From: a virus
Lineage: Duplodnaviria; Heunggongvirae; Uroviricota; Caudoviricetes
Strand: one strand, 5' to 3'
Length of the DNA stretch: 64,000 bases
Virus record (IMG/VR): IMGVR_UViG_3300021255_000031
The translations under genes and the position numbers were made by a program. Below are positions 7,722-15,037 of the stretch, in pieces. The notes below the pieces were generated by a model, which saw nothing but the letters and a program-made list of their open reading frames with translations, ran no database searches and had not been told where the DNA came from. The stretch's first letter is position 1; each line of letters begins with the position of its first letter.

Positions 7722-8450
7722 TTAAGCGTCCACCAGTTTGAAATCATAGCCGCCGAGAGCAAAGAAGGAGTTCCAACCTGCGTCTGTAGAACACAAATTA
7801 CACAAATCAAAATAGGTTTTTTCATCTACATAGAACCATTCTTTTGCTCTTTGTGCCCTTGAACAAGCGAGGGAAGCAAGGATATTATGCGCGATTGTTT
7901 CACATTCTGCTACACTATAAGTGCCAGTGTTATCGCCCGGACAGACACATTTAGAACAGAATAGCATAGGATTGTAAGAAGCATATTGATTTACTCGCCG
8001 CTCACAATCTTCGGAAGCGCCAATCTTTACGAGATAGTAGGTTTGTTTCGTAAGGGGGTTAATACCTACCATTCCGATAAAATATAATCCTACATTATCG
8101 GTTATTTCTTTATAACTGGAATTGTTTTCAAATGTAGCGCAAGGCATTTCAAGCACAGGTAGGGTATCAATAAGTGATGGTGTATAATAATCATCATCAC
8201 CGTGAATAATGAGGTGTTCATCTATTGTACAATGATTAGCATACCACTGCTGGCGCAGATAAGGAGTAAGGAGCGGGAATAAGGTGTGAAGGCGAAAATC
8301 TTCTAACGAAAGTGACATTAATGAAAGCTTTGGATTACCATCGCACCATTCTTCATCCGACTTTACGAGTTCTGCCATCTCTTTTTCAAGTGCTGGGCGG
8401 TTGTTATCAATGATTTTCATAATAGTTTGGCGATACTTCTTCATATTCAA
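7722..8450 (-). CDS. T5orf172/GIY-YIG-superfamily domain protein
   Basis: GLYFIGMVGINP...YLVKIGASEDCERRVNQY matches T5orf172-type pattern (Y..KIG.S.d..R..qy); AGAAAGG leader; promoter+palindrome 8493-8571. Confidence 0.55.
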   Translation of the reverse strand: MNMKKYRQTIMKIIDNNRPALEKEMAELVKSDEEWCDGNPKLSLMSLSLEDFRLHTLFPLLTPYLRQQWYANHCTIDEHLIIHGDDDYYTPSLIDTLPVLEMPCATFENNSSYKEITDNVGLYFIGMVGINPLTKQTYYLVKIGASEDCERRVNQYASYNPMLFCSKCVCPGDNTGTYSVAECETIAHNILASLACSRAQRAKEWFYVDEKTYFDLCNLCSTDAGWNSFFALGGYDFKLVDA

Positions 8451-8492
8451 AGCCTTTCTGGTTTATAGGGTTTCCTTCCCTTTGATGTTTTT

Positions 8493-8571
8493 ATTATACT
8501 ATAAAGGGGGTAAATTGTCAAGTTAAAATAGTGTAAAATGATATATAATAAATTGGATGTTTAACATCTAA
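8493..8571 (-). promoter_or_regulatory. promoter (TATAAT 8493-8498; TTGACA 8516-8521) + palindrome variant TTGGATGTTTAACATCTAA 8553-8571
   Basis: drives T5orf172 gene. Confidence 0.7.
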
Positions 8572-8596
8572 AATATCAAAGTGCCCTTACGGGCAC
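8571..8596 (-). terminator. terminator hairpin GUGCCC-GUAA-GGGCAC + UUUGAUAUUUU
   Basis: after HAD gene. Confidence 0.65.
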
Positions 8597-9033
8597 AAGT
8601 CCTTCAAAACTTGAAGAATTTTTTCGGGTTTGTAGGAAGTTCCCAACCAATTAATTCTGTTCTTTTGTTCATCATCAAACAGTATATCATCGGGAGAAGT
8701 CATAAACGATTCCTTTGGCGTACCGTGCGCGACAATGTAAATATCATCCCATACTACACTTGAAAGGTGGCGTTGAAGCCAGCTTATTTTGGCGCGGGTA
8801 ACAGCTCTGTCGTAGTCCTCGCGCGGCTCTTTGCTTAGCCAGCTTATCACGGCAATGCGCCAGCCGCCAGCTTGCACCTTATTAAGATAGCGTGCCAGCA
8901 GGCTCATATTTATCATCGTGCGCGCTTCGATATAGGGGGATGGGTCAAAAGCACGCAACTTGGCGAGCCAGTCGGGAACGCTATACAAATCCGCTATTGT
9001 ACCGTCAAGGTCAAAGAAGATTGTCTTACTCAT
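8587..9033 (-). CDS. HAD-superfamily hydrolase, 5-prime(3-prime)-deoxyribonucleotidase-like
   Basis: FFDLDGTIADL motif I; start at MSKT after GAAGGGAGAA SD; terminator 8581-8596. Confidence 0.6.
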   Translation of the reverse strand: MSKTIFFDLDGTIADLYSVPDWLAKLRAFDPSPYIEARTMINMSLLARYLNKVQAGGWRIAVISWLSKEPREDYDRAVTRAKISWLQRHLSSVVWDDIYIVAHGTPKESFMTSPDDILFDDEQKNRINWLGTSYKPEKILQVLKDLCP

Positions 9034-9062
9034 ATTATGTTCTCCCTTCATTTGATACTGTA

Positions 9063-9141
9063 ATTATATCATAGAGGGGTTGAATTGTCAAGTTAAATTT
9101 ATGTTAAGAGGAAAATAGAAAATTGGATGTTTAACATCCAA
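9063..9141 (-). promoter_or_regulatory. promoter (TGATATAAT 9063-9068; TTGACA 9086-9091) + palindrome 9123-9141
   Basis: drives HAD gene. Confidence 0.7.
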
Positions 9142-9150
9142 ATTCTCCAT

Positions 9151-9180
9151 AAAAAAGAAGAGGGGTTACTTCCCCTCTTC
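9151..9180 (-). terminator. terminator hairpin GAAGAGGGG-AGUAA-CCCCUCUUC + U6
   Basis: after SPFH gene. Confidence 0.65.
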
Positions 9181-10143
9181 TCCCAACAGACTACCTACAT
9201 CCATCAGCGACATTGTTTCACTACCATATACCACTGGCATCTTGCCATCCCACTGAAGGATACGGTAATAATCAAGGAGGTCAGCAGACAGCCATTCCGC
9301 AATAGCCTTATTCTTGGCGGCTTCCTTCAAGCCTGCATACTCGGCGGCGTCCGCCTGAATTTTCGTAACTTCAAGGTCTGCTTCGGCGGCAATCTTTGCC
9401 TTCTCTGCTTCGGCATTAGCGTTAATTACATCACGCTTTGCCTTAGCTTCGGCTTCCATAGTTAGACGCTCCTGTTCGGTCTGTGCTCTCAACTTCTCCT
9501 GCGTTGCTACCTGCTTTGCTTCTACTGCTTGTGTAAATGCGTCGGTAAAATCAATATCTTCAATAGAGATAGAGATTACATTGATACCAGATTTAGACAG
9601 GTCAGCGCGCAGTACGGCACCGATATTTTCTGACAGAGCAGAACGATTTTCAATCAGTCCTTCGGCGGTATAGTCTCCAAATGTGCTCTTAACTGCTTCC
9701 TGCGTGCGGGGCACAATAAGGATAGTTTCATAATTAACGCCTACTGTTTTATATAGATTCATAGCCTTAGCGCTATCAATACAGTAATTTACGCTACCCT
9801 TGACCTGTACTTCCTGCAAATCAGCACTAAAAGCAAGCAATTCAAAGTGATAACGCTGTTCGCGGTTATCCATTTCTACTACATTGATAAACGGCGAGTG
9901 CCAGTTAAGGCCGCTTTCCATAGTGTAGTCCTGCACCTGCCCGAACTTTACAGGAATACCAGTATGCCCTGTTCTTACCTGTGTGCCGCACGCGAGCAGG
10001 ATGAAAATGGTGGCGAGAATGACAGCTCCAATACGCAAGCCAATTCGTGCGCCCTTGATGGGCTTGCTATCATAATCCCTGATAAAGCCCGTTCCAACGA
10101 AGCCAATGAGAAGTACAACGATTGCGCCAATTACTCCAAACAT
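9166..10143 (-). CDS. SPFH/band-7 (prohibitin/stomatin-like) membrane protein
   Basis: N-terminal TM helix, SPFH-like core, C-terminal Ala/Glu/Lys coiled coil; true start MFGV after GAAAAGGAGAAAG (listed ORF N-extension translates the -10 box). Confidence 0.7.
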   Translation of the reverse strand: MFGVIGAIVVLLIGFVGTGFIRDYDSKPIKGARIGLRIGAVILATIFILLACGTQVRTGHTGIPVKFGQVQDYTMESGLNWHSPFINVVEMDNREQRYHFELLAFSADLQEVQVKGSVNYCIDSAKAMNLYKTVGVNYETILIVPRTQEAVKSTFGDYTAEGLIENRSALSENIGAVLRADLSKSGINVISISIEDIDFTDAFTQAVEAKQVATQEKLRAQTEQERLTMEAEAKAKRDVINANAEAEKAKIAAEADLEVTKIQADAAEYAGLKEAAKNKAIAEWLSADLLDYYRILQWDGKMPVVYGSETMSLMDVGSLLGEEGK

Positions 10144-10189
10144 TTTTCTTTCTCCTTTTCTATGAGGTTTTCCCTCACTTGATGTATAA

Positions 10190-10268
10190 ATTATATCACA
10201 CGGGGTATGATATGTCAAGTTAAGAATGCGTTAAGTGCAATGGATATATTTGGATGTTTAACATCCAA
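10190..10268 (-). promoter_or_regulatory. promoter (TGTGATATAAT 10190-10195; TTGACA 10213-10218) + palindrome 10250-10268
   Basis: drives SPFH gene. Confidence 0.7.
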
Positions 10269-10269
10269 A

Positions 10270-10296
10270 TTTATAAAGGGGCGGTTAGTCCGCCCA
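10270..10296 (-). terminator. terminator hairpin GGGCGG-ACUAA-CCGCCC + CUUUAUAAAUUU
   Basis: after 10285..10653; abuts palindrome. Confidence 0.6.
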
Positions 10297-10653
10297 ATCA
10301 AATTCAATCCTGATGTATTTACTGTTGTGGCCTAAACTAAATGTTACTTTGTATCCTGCGGCAGAAAATAAGTTCGTAATTAACTGCCGTCCTTCATTTT
10401 TTATCCAAGCCCAACCATATTTTTCTCTGATATTGCAAGCATTATTTTCGTCATAACCAATATTTATATGACATTTAGTTTCTCCACGTCCAGCTGCTAC
10501 TTTAATGCATTCCCATGGAATAGTTTTAATACATTCAAGAATTGCATCTACATCTTTTTTCATCTCAGTCTCTTCGTGCGCTCTAACCATTTCTTTTGCT
10601 TCGGCTGCGGTGATGGCATCGGGAATGTGGATAACATTGATTTCAAAGTTCAT
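10285..10653 (-). CDS. hypothetical protein
   Basis: start MNFEIN after AGAAAGG SD; promoter+palindrome 10700-10771; terminator 10278-10296. Confidence 0.6.
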   Translation of the reverse strand: MNFEINVIHIPDAITAAEAKEMVRAHEETEMKKDVDAILECIKTIPWECIKVAAGRGETKCHINIGYDENNACNIREKYGWAWIKNEGRQLITNLFSAAGYKVTFSLGHNSKYIRIEFDWAD

Positions 10654-10699
10654 TTCTATGTCCTTTCTGGTTTGGTGTTTCCCTTCACTTGATGTATAA

Positions 10700-10771
10700 A
10701 TTATATCATACAGAGGGTGGATTGTCAAGTTAATTTTTTGTTATGTGAAAATTTGGATGTTTAACATCCAA
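10700..10771 (-). promoter_or_regulatory. promoter (TGATATAAT 10700-10705; TTGACA 10723-10728) + palindrome 10753-10771
   Basis: drives 10285..10653. Confidence 0.7.
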
Positions 10772-10779
10772 ATTATGAA

Positions 10780-10798
10780 TTGGCGCGATTAGCGCCAA
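10780..10798 (-). terminator. hairpin UUGGCGC-UAAUC-GCGCCAA
   Basis: after 10789..11142. Confidence 0.5.
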
Positions 10799-11142
10799 AT
10801 TGTCTTTCCAGCTTTGATAAACTTAATTTGATTTCTATCTACTTTCTTCCGTAAGTAACTTGGAATACGATTTACTCCCTTGTAACATTGTACCAGCTCA
10901 CGGAAGGTTGTAACATACATAGTAATTATCTTTTGTTTCAGCTCGTCCTTGATGATGGTGATGCCAGTATCTGTAATACAGATATATACACCAGCTTGCC
11001 CCGCAAGTGCTTTTTCGTGTCCGCGGCGATAAACTTCCTTAACGACCTGCCCTAAGCCAATATCGTTAATAATGTGTTGAACGCGGTCGGCGCGATAGAC
11101 CTCAACATGGTGGGTTAATTCAGCGTTAAGTAGTTGCTTCAT
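10789..11142 (-). CDS. hypothetical protein
   Basis: 117 aa; promoter+palindrome 11175-11255; terminator 10780-10798. Confidence 0.6.
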   Translation of the reverse strand: MKQLLNAELTHHVEVYRADRVQHIINDIGLGQVVKEVYRRGHEKALAGQAGVYICITDTGITIIKDELKQKIITMYVTTFRELVQCYKGVNRIPSYLRKKVDRNQIKFIKAGKTIWR

Positions 11143-11174
11143 TGTTTTTTCTCTCCTTTCTTTTTTACAATTAA

Positions 11175-11255
11175 ATTATAGCATAAGAGGGGACAAAAGT
11201 CAAGTTAATTGTTTGTTAAGTTGGAGAGAGGAAAGTTTGGATGTTTAACATCCAA
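11175..11255 (-). promoter_or_regulatory. promoter (TGCTATAAT 11175-11180; TTGACT 11198-11203) + palindrome 11237-11255
   Basis: drives 10789..11142. Confidence 0.65.
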
Positions 11256-11262
11256 ATCATAT

Positions 11263-11282
11263 AAGGACGATCATTCGTCCTT
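11263..11282 (-). terminator. hairpin AAGGACGA-AUGA-UCGUCCUU overlapping stop of 51-aa ORF
   Basis: perfect 8-bp stem. Confidence 0.5.
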
Positions 11283-11426
11283 AACCTCGATAAATCTTTC
11301 ATCATCTTCAATTTCTATGATTTTACGATATAGTGATTCGGCGAGGTTTGTATCTGTAATTATTTCGTTAATTTTTTCATGAATGACTTTACGGAGTTCA
11401 AGTAAAGTGATTTGCAATGTCATCAT
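11271..11426 (-). CDS. small hypothetical protein (51 aa)
   Basis: Not in ORF table (<60 aa); own promoter+palindrome 11453-11543, GGGAGAG SD, terminator hairpin 11263-11282. Confidence 0.5.
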   Translation of the reverse strand: MMTLQITLLELRKVIHEKINEIITDTNLAESLYRKIIEIEDDERFIEVKDE

Positions 11427-11452
11427 TTTTCTCTCCCTTCTTTGATAATGCC

Positions 11453-11543
11453 ATTATATCATAGTTTCGGGAGTTTGTCAATATATTTTTATGTTAAATA
11501 AAAGTTAAATCATTTAAAATGAAATTGGATGTTTAACATCCAA
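11453..11543 (-). promoter_or_regulatory. promoter (TGATATAAT 11453-11458; TTGACA 11476-11481) + palindrome 11525-11543
   Basis: drives 51-aa ORF. Confidence 0.65.
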
Positions 11544-11552
11544 ATTCCTAAA

Positions 11553-11572
11553 ACGACTGCGTTAGCAGTCGT
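11553..11572 (-). terminator. hairpin ACGACUGC-UAAC-GCAGUCGU + U-rich
   Basis: after 11562..11819. Confidence 0.55.
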
Positions 11573-11819
11573 AGTCATAGCCGCCCTCGTATGGATTGAA
11601 GCCCGTTTCATCAACATCATCTTCAATGTCGTAGCTACAGCTGTTCTCATATTCTTCCCAGCTCTCATAGTAGGCACCAAAGTCAGAGCACTCTTCCAGC
11701 GGGTCGCTGATGTGGCACAGCCCATCCTTATCACAGTAGGGGCAGGTCATGTCAGCAATAGGGCAGAACACGTTCAGGCCGTTGCGAGTGCCATCGGTTT
11801 CAAAATCTTTCTTACTCAT
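11562..11819 (-). CDS. small Cys-rich acidic protein
   Basis: start MSKKDF after AAAGGAAG SD; 8+ Cys incl CPYCDKDGLCH; promoter+palindrome 11850-11931. Confidence 0.6.
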   Translation of the reverse strand: MSKKDFETDGTRNGLNVFCPIADMTCPYCDKDGLCHISDPLEECSDFGAYYESWEEYENSCSYDIEDDVDETGFNPYEGGYDYDC

Positions 11820-11849
11820 AATGATTACTTCCTTTCTTTTGATGGTATA

Positions 11850-11931
11850 ATTATAACACGAAACGCTCATAAAGTCAAGTTAAGTTTATGTTAAAAGCGC
11901 CAGAAGTAGAAGTTGGATGTCTAACATCCAA
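11850..11931 (-). promoter_or_regulatory. promoter (TGTTATAAT 11850-11855; TTGACT 11873-11878) + palindrome variant TTGGATGTCTAACATCCAA 11913-11931
   Basis: drives Cys-rich gene. Confidence 0.65.
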
Positions 11932-11958
11932 AATATATAAGCTGGTTTACGCCAGCTT
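11931..11958 (-). terminator. hairpin AAGCUGG-CGUAAA-CCAGCUU + AUAUAUUUU
   Basis: after 11947..12216. Confidence 0.55.
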
Positions 11959-12216
11959 GCGAATTTCTCCGGTTTTGATGTTCATTTGCGTGCGGTTAAT
12001 GTAGCACTGCTTTGCGTCATAGTAGCTTAGCCCCAGCTCACGCATGAACCAGCTGATATGTTTAATGGTCGTGCGGCTATACAGACCATAGCAGGTTAGC
12101 CAGCCTTTACTATCGATGCTAATTACTTTGGTGTGGTAGCTAATCAATTTGGTGATGCTGCTGTCGGTGATGATGCACGCCTGCGCGTATTTGTGGCCGT
12201 TCAATTTCCTTATCAT
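11947..12216 (-). CDS. hypothetical protein, family B (paralog of 13601..13918)
   Basis: start MIRKLNG after GGAGGG SD; shared LISYxT..I.ID..G.LTC.G.YS.TT.KHI...Q.NI.TGE core. Confidence 0.65.
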   Translation of the reverse strand: MIRKLNGHKYAQACIITDSSITKLISYHTKVISIDSKGWLTCYGLYSRTTIKHISWFMRELGLSYYDAKQCYINRTQMNIKTGEIRKLA

Positions 12217-12265
12217 TGTTATGCCCTCCAAAATTGTTTTATTTCGTTCCCTCAAGAACAATTAT

Positions 12266-12356
12266 ATTATACTACATATAGGGCAATATGTCAATAGTTT
12301 TTTGTGTTAAGAGTGCATTAAATCGGCCGAGTGATTTTTGGATGTTTAACATCCAA
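12266..12356 (-). promoter_or_regulatory. promoter (TATAAT 12266-12271; TTGACA 12289-12294) + palindrome 12338-12356
   Basis: leader begins GUUCUUGAGGGAAC (same motif as orphan RNA at 1285-1297). Confidence 0.65.
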
Positions 12357-12375
12357 CTTTTTTTAAAGGACGGTG

Positions 12376-12612
12376 TTAATCGTCCAAAAGAGTCGGCTCA
12401 ATTATCCAACGGCCTTTGTTAGTGATATAGACATGCAAGCCGTTATCCTGTTCTATATAATCCAGCTTGGTTTCTTCATAATCCTCTATCCAGCATTCAA
12501 TTTGATTACGAGCTTTATCGAAGCTGGTAAAAGCACCCCAAACGCCGCCGTAAAGGTTGGTAGCTTGGGGAGTGAGCCCCTTGAAGGTAACGATGTAAAT
12601 TAGCTGTGTCAT
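12376..12612 (-). CDS. hypothetical protein
   Basis: 78 aa; promoter+palindrome 12644-12715. Confidence 0.6.
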   Translation of the reverse strand: MTQLIYIVTFKGLTPQATNLYGGVWGAFTSFDKARNQIECWIEDYEETKLDYIEQDNGLHVYITNKGRWIIEPTLLDD

Positions 12613-12643
12613 GTTTTTTTACTTCCTTTCCTTTGATGTTTGT

Positions 12644-12715
12644 ATTATAACATAGAGCACGCAAAATGTCAAGTTAAGTTTGCGTAAATATAAAAGTTGG
12701 ATGTTTAACATCCAA
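12644..12715 (-). promoter_or_regulatory. promoter (TGTTATAAT 12644-12649; TTGACA 12667-12672) + palindrome 12697-12715
   Basis: drives 12376..12612. Confidence 0.7.
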
Positions 12716-12732
12716 TAAAAGGTAGAGGAGGT

Positions 12733-12930
12733 TTATTCCTCCTCCTCATCATCTATAAACAGTGTCGGATAAAGCGTAATTTCTTTAATCCAGCGCTTGG
12801 TGGTGGGCGTGTCGCTGATTTCCAACATCTCATTCAGGCGCGTAGCTTTTTTCAGGGACGGGACGGCGCAGAGAACATGAATGTCACCATCTTCGTGGTA
12901 GCGGGCGCATAGCAGGTAAATCTTATCCAT
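12733..12930 (-). CDS. small acidic protein (C-terminal DDEEEE)
   Basis: start MDKIYLL after AAAGGAGATAA SD; promoter+palindrome 12963-13042. Confidence 0.55.
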   Translation of the reverse strand: MDKIYLLCARYHEDGDIHVLCAVPSLKKATRLNEMLEISDTPTTKRWIKEITLYPTLFIDDEEEE

Positions 12931-12962
12931 ATTTGTTATCTCCTTTCCTTGATTACATATAT

Positions 12963-13042
12963 AGTATATCATAGATAGACACAAGTGTCAAGTTAAGTGT
13001 TTGTTAAGCCGTGCAAATATAATTTGGATGTTTAACATCCAA
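12963..13042 (-). promoter_or_regulatory. promoter (TGATATACT 12963-12968; TTGACA 12986-12991) + palindrome 13024-13042
   Basis: drives 12733..12930. Confidence 0.65.
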
Positions 13043-13051
13043 CTTTTTTAT

Positions 13052-13071
13052 AAACGGCATCACTGCCGTTT
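13052..13071 (-). terminator. hairpin AAACGGCA-GUGA-UGCCGUUU + AUAAAAAAGUU
   Basis: after 13060..13146. Confidence 0.55.
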
Positions 13072-13146
13072 ACTTGCTATTAACACGAAGTTAATGAAAG
13101 CGCTTATGATAATTAACATTGCTATAACAAACATTATTGTTCTCAT
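13060..13146 (-). CDS. 28-aa hydrophobic peptide (MRTIMFVIAMLIIISAFINFVLIASKRQ)
   Basis: AAAGGAGG SD 6 nt before ATG, overlaps stop of upstream gene; single TM-like segment. Confidence 0.4.
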   Translation of the reverse strand: MRTIMFVIAMLIIISAFINFVLIASKRQ

Positions 13147-13147
13147 T

Positions 13148-13459
13148 TTACGCCTCCTTTACATAAACTAAACTCATGTTAGACCATTTAAGCACACTGA
13201 TTTGGTTATGTTCTTTACCTATTCTTAACGCTTCCTTTTTCGTGCTGACACGGAAGGAATGGTCGATATAATAGACGCCTTCACTATACCAGATGCCGCA
13301 GCTTCCCTGCATCTTTTCCACAGCTCGCACAGCAGCTTTCAGCGTCTTGCGCTCAACACCATAATCCGCGACTTGATAGCCAGATTTGTAGGTTATGGCT
13401 TTACCTGCTTTTAACGTGAGTCCATCGTTGTTTTTGAGAGCTTTCAGAAGTTCGTACAT
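13148..13459 (-). CDS. hypothetical protein
   Basis: 103 aa; promoter+palindrome 13491-13582. Confidence 0.6.
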   Translation of the reverse strand: MYELLKALKNNDGLTLKAGKAITYKSGYQVADYGVERKTLKAAVRAVEKMQGSCGIWYSEGVYYIDHSFRVSTKKEALRIGKEHNQISVLKWSNMSLVYVKEA

Positions 13460-13490
13460 GAGTTTTAATCCCCTTTCATTTGATGATTAT

Positions 13491-13582
13491 ATTATAGCAC
13501 TGCGCGCCCATTATGTCAATACCTTTTTGTGTTAAGTTATTGTAAATCGCCATAAAAAATAATTTGGATGTTTAACATCCAA
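13491..13582 (-). promoter_or_regulatory. promoter (TGCTATAAT 13491-13496; TTGACA 13514-13519) + palindrome 13564-13582
   Basis: drives 13148..13459 + 28-aa peptide ORF. Confidence 0.7.
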
Positions 13583-13612
13583 AAAAGTTGAACGGGATTT
13601 TTAATCCCGTTC
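13582..13612 (-). terminator. terminator GAACGGGAU-UAAAAA-AUCCCGUUC + U-run
   Basis: after 13601..13918. Confidence 0.65.
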
Positions 13613-13918
13613 GCCCGTCCGAATGTTAATTTTTTGATTCGTGCATGCAATACTCTTAATATCGGCGTAACAGAGAGACGGCGCGTATTCTTTCAGAAAA
13701 GCTCTAATGTGCTTGCGCGTAGTGGGGCTGTATGTGCCCGTGCAAGTCAAGTATCCCGCCTTGTCAATCTCAATGATACGCGTGGTGTAGCTTATTAGCG
13801 CTATTGTACCGTCGTGGTAAATATCCACGCCTGCGCTACCGTAGGGACAATATTTAAGATTGCGGTCGTAGTTAACAGTGATGTAGCGGTATCCATCAAG
13901 AATCTTTTTGCTGTACAT
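13601..13918 (-). CDS. hypothetical protein, family B (paralog of 11947..12216)
   Basis: start MYSKKIL after GGAGG SD; promoter+palindrome 13968-14059; terminator 13590-13612. Confidence 0.65.
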   Translation of the reverse strand: MYSKKILDGYRYITVNYDRNLKYCPYGSAGVDIYHDGTIALISYTTRIIEIDKAGYLTCTGTYSPTTRKHIRAFLKEYAPSLCYADIKSIACTNQKINIRTGERD

Positions 13919-13967
13919 TGTAGCAGCCTCCGTATTTTTATTTGTTCCTTTCCTTTGGAACAATTAT

Positions 13968-14059
13968 ATTATATCATAGGGGGCCTGTTTTGTCAATAGT
14001 TTTTTATGTTAAGTTGCGGTAAATTCGCGCGGGAAATAAATTGGATGTGTAACATCCAA
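13968..14059 (-). promoter_or_regulatory. promoter (TGATATAAT 13968-13973; TTGACA 13991-13996) + palindrome variant TTGGATGTGTAACATCCAA 14041-14059
   Basis: drives 13601..13918. Confidence 0.7.
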
Positions 14060-14066
14060 CTTTTTT

Positions 14067-14090
14067 CATTCGAGGATTATTCCTCGAATG
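14067..14090 (-). terminator. hairpin CAUUCGAGGA-AUAA-UCCUCGAAUG + AAAAAAG
   Basis: after 14077..14253. Confidence 0.5.
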
Positions 14091-14253
14091 GGTCGTTACA
14101 CGACCATATAAGATGATGGTCGTCATAGACGAAAATCGCGGCAGTCGCATCTTTATTTTGGATAGTAGAAACGGCTTCCCAAGCTTTTTGCGCGGAGGTA
14201 AAGGAGTAGCGGGCGCTGATGAGGCTGGAATATACAACGATGATATCAAACAT
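14077..14253 (-). CDS. small hypothetical protein
   Basis: start MFDIIVV after AAGGGAGA SD; promoter+palindrome 14285-14366. Confidence 0.55.
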   Translation of the reverse strand: MFDIIVVYSSLISARYSFTSAQKAWEAVSTIQNKDATAAIFVYDDHHLIWSCNDPFEE

Positions 14254-14284
14254 GGTTTTTTGTCTCCCTTCACTTGATGATATA

Positions 14285-14366
14285 AGTATATCACACAAGG
14301 GGTAAGAAGTCAAGTTAAGTTTCGGTTAATGCCTGGCGCAGTAAAAGTTGGATGTTTAACATCCAA
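14285..14366 (-). promoter_or_regulatory. promoter (TGTGATATACT 14285-14290; TTGACT 14308-14313) + palindrome 14348-14366
   Basis: drives 14077..14253. Confidence 0.65.
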
Positions 14367-14395
14367 ATTTCTCGGAGGCGCTTAACGCGCCTCCC
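14366..14395 (-). terminator. terminator GGAGGCGC-GUUAA-GCGCCUCC + GAGAAAUUU
   Basis: after 14382..14609. Confidence 0.6.
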
Positions 14396-14609
14396 ATTCT
14401 TCTTCTGTTATGTCTATTATGTTAAGAATGTCCTCTATATAATAGGCAAAGATATCATTGAGTTCTGTGCGGTCAATGCCGGAGGGATACATCTCTTCCA
14501 TACATGCGTCAATGATGTCCCACTCTTCTTCGGTGATTTTGCTTGCGTTTGTTTCGGCGTTGCCCCAAAATTCAAAGTCGCGGATGCTGATTTCTTGCTT
14601 GATAGTCAT
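14382..14609 (-). CDS. small highly acidic protein (DNA-mimic-like composition)
   Basis: 75 aa, about one third Asp/Glu; promoter+palindrome 14640-14729; terminator 14375-14395. Confidence 0.6.
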   Translation of the reverse strand: MTIKQEISIRDFEFWGNAETNASKITEEEWDIIDACMEEMYPSGIDRTELNDIFAYYIEDILNIIDITEEEWEAR

Positions 14610-14639
14610 TGTTTTTTTCTCCTCTCTTTTGATGATATA

Positions 14640-14729
14640 ATTATAACATAGTTTCGGGATAGTGTCAATAGTTTTTTGTGTTAATTATAGATTAAGTCGA
14701 AAAAATGAAATTGGATGTTTAACATCCAA
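14640..14729 (-). promoter_or_regulatory. promoter (TGTTATAAT 14640-14645; TTGACA 14663-14668) + palindrome 14711-14729
   Basis: drives acidic 75-aa gene. Confidence 0.7.
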
Positions 14730-14737
14730 ATCTCGCA

Positions 14738-14755
14738 AGGGGATTTATTTCCCCT
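14738..14755 (-). terminator. hairpin AGGGGA-AAUAAA-UCCCCU
   Basis: after 14745..15005. Confidence 0.5.
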
Positions 14756-15005
14756 GCGGCGCGCACCCTGGACTCCACGCAAGTAGTTGCCCGTGACGCA
14801 TAATGTATGCGACAAAATTGTCTGGCGTTAATTCGCACATTTCCTGCGTCCATGCCCGCATGCAATATACGCGTCCTGGCCTATGCCCGAGGAAATTTGT
14901 TGCCATTTCGCGCAATTTTTTCATAGACTTAACATCGCTGGGCAACTTCCATTCACCATCACTACCCATAGGGATATAGTTTCCGTATTCGTAGAACAAC
15001 CACAT
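14745..15005 (-). CDS. hypothetical protein
   Basis: start MWLFYEY after AAAGGAGAAAA SD; promoter 15038-15066. Confidence 0.6.
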   Translation of the reverse strand: MWLFYEYGNYIPMGSDGEWKLPSDVKSMKKLREMATNFLGHRPGRVYCMRAWTQEMCELTPDNFVAYIMRHGQLLAWSPGCAPQGK

Positions 15006-15037
15006 AATTTTGTTTTCTCCTTTCATTTGATATTGAA

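Noticed and set aside
9166-10218. N-terminal extensions of many table ORFs (e.g. MTYHTPCDIIYTSSEGK... at 10144-10218, MTIHPLYDIIYTSSEG at 10654-10728, MTSYPLCDILISSSEG at 14254-14313)
   Set aside because: The conserved peptide CDIIYTSSEG is the translated -10 and -35 region (TGTGATATAAT...). Real starts are the internal ATGs preceded by SDs.
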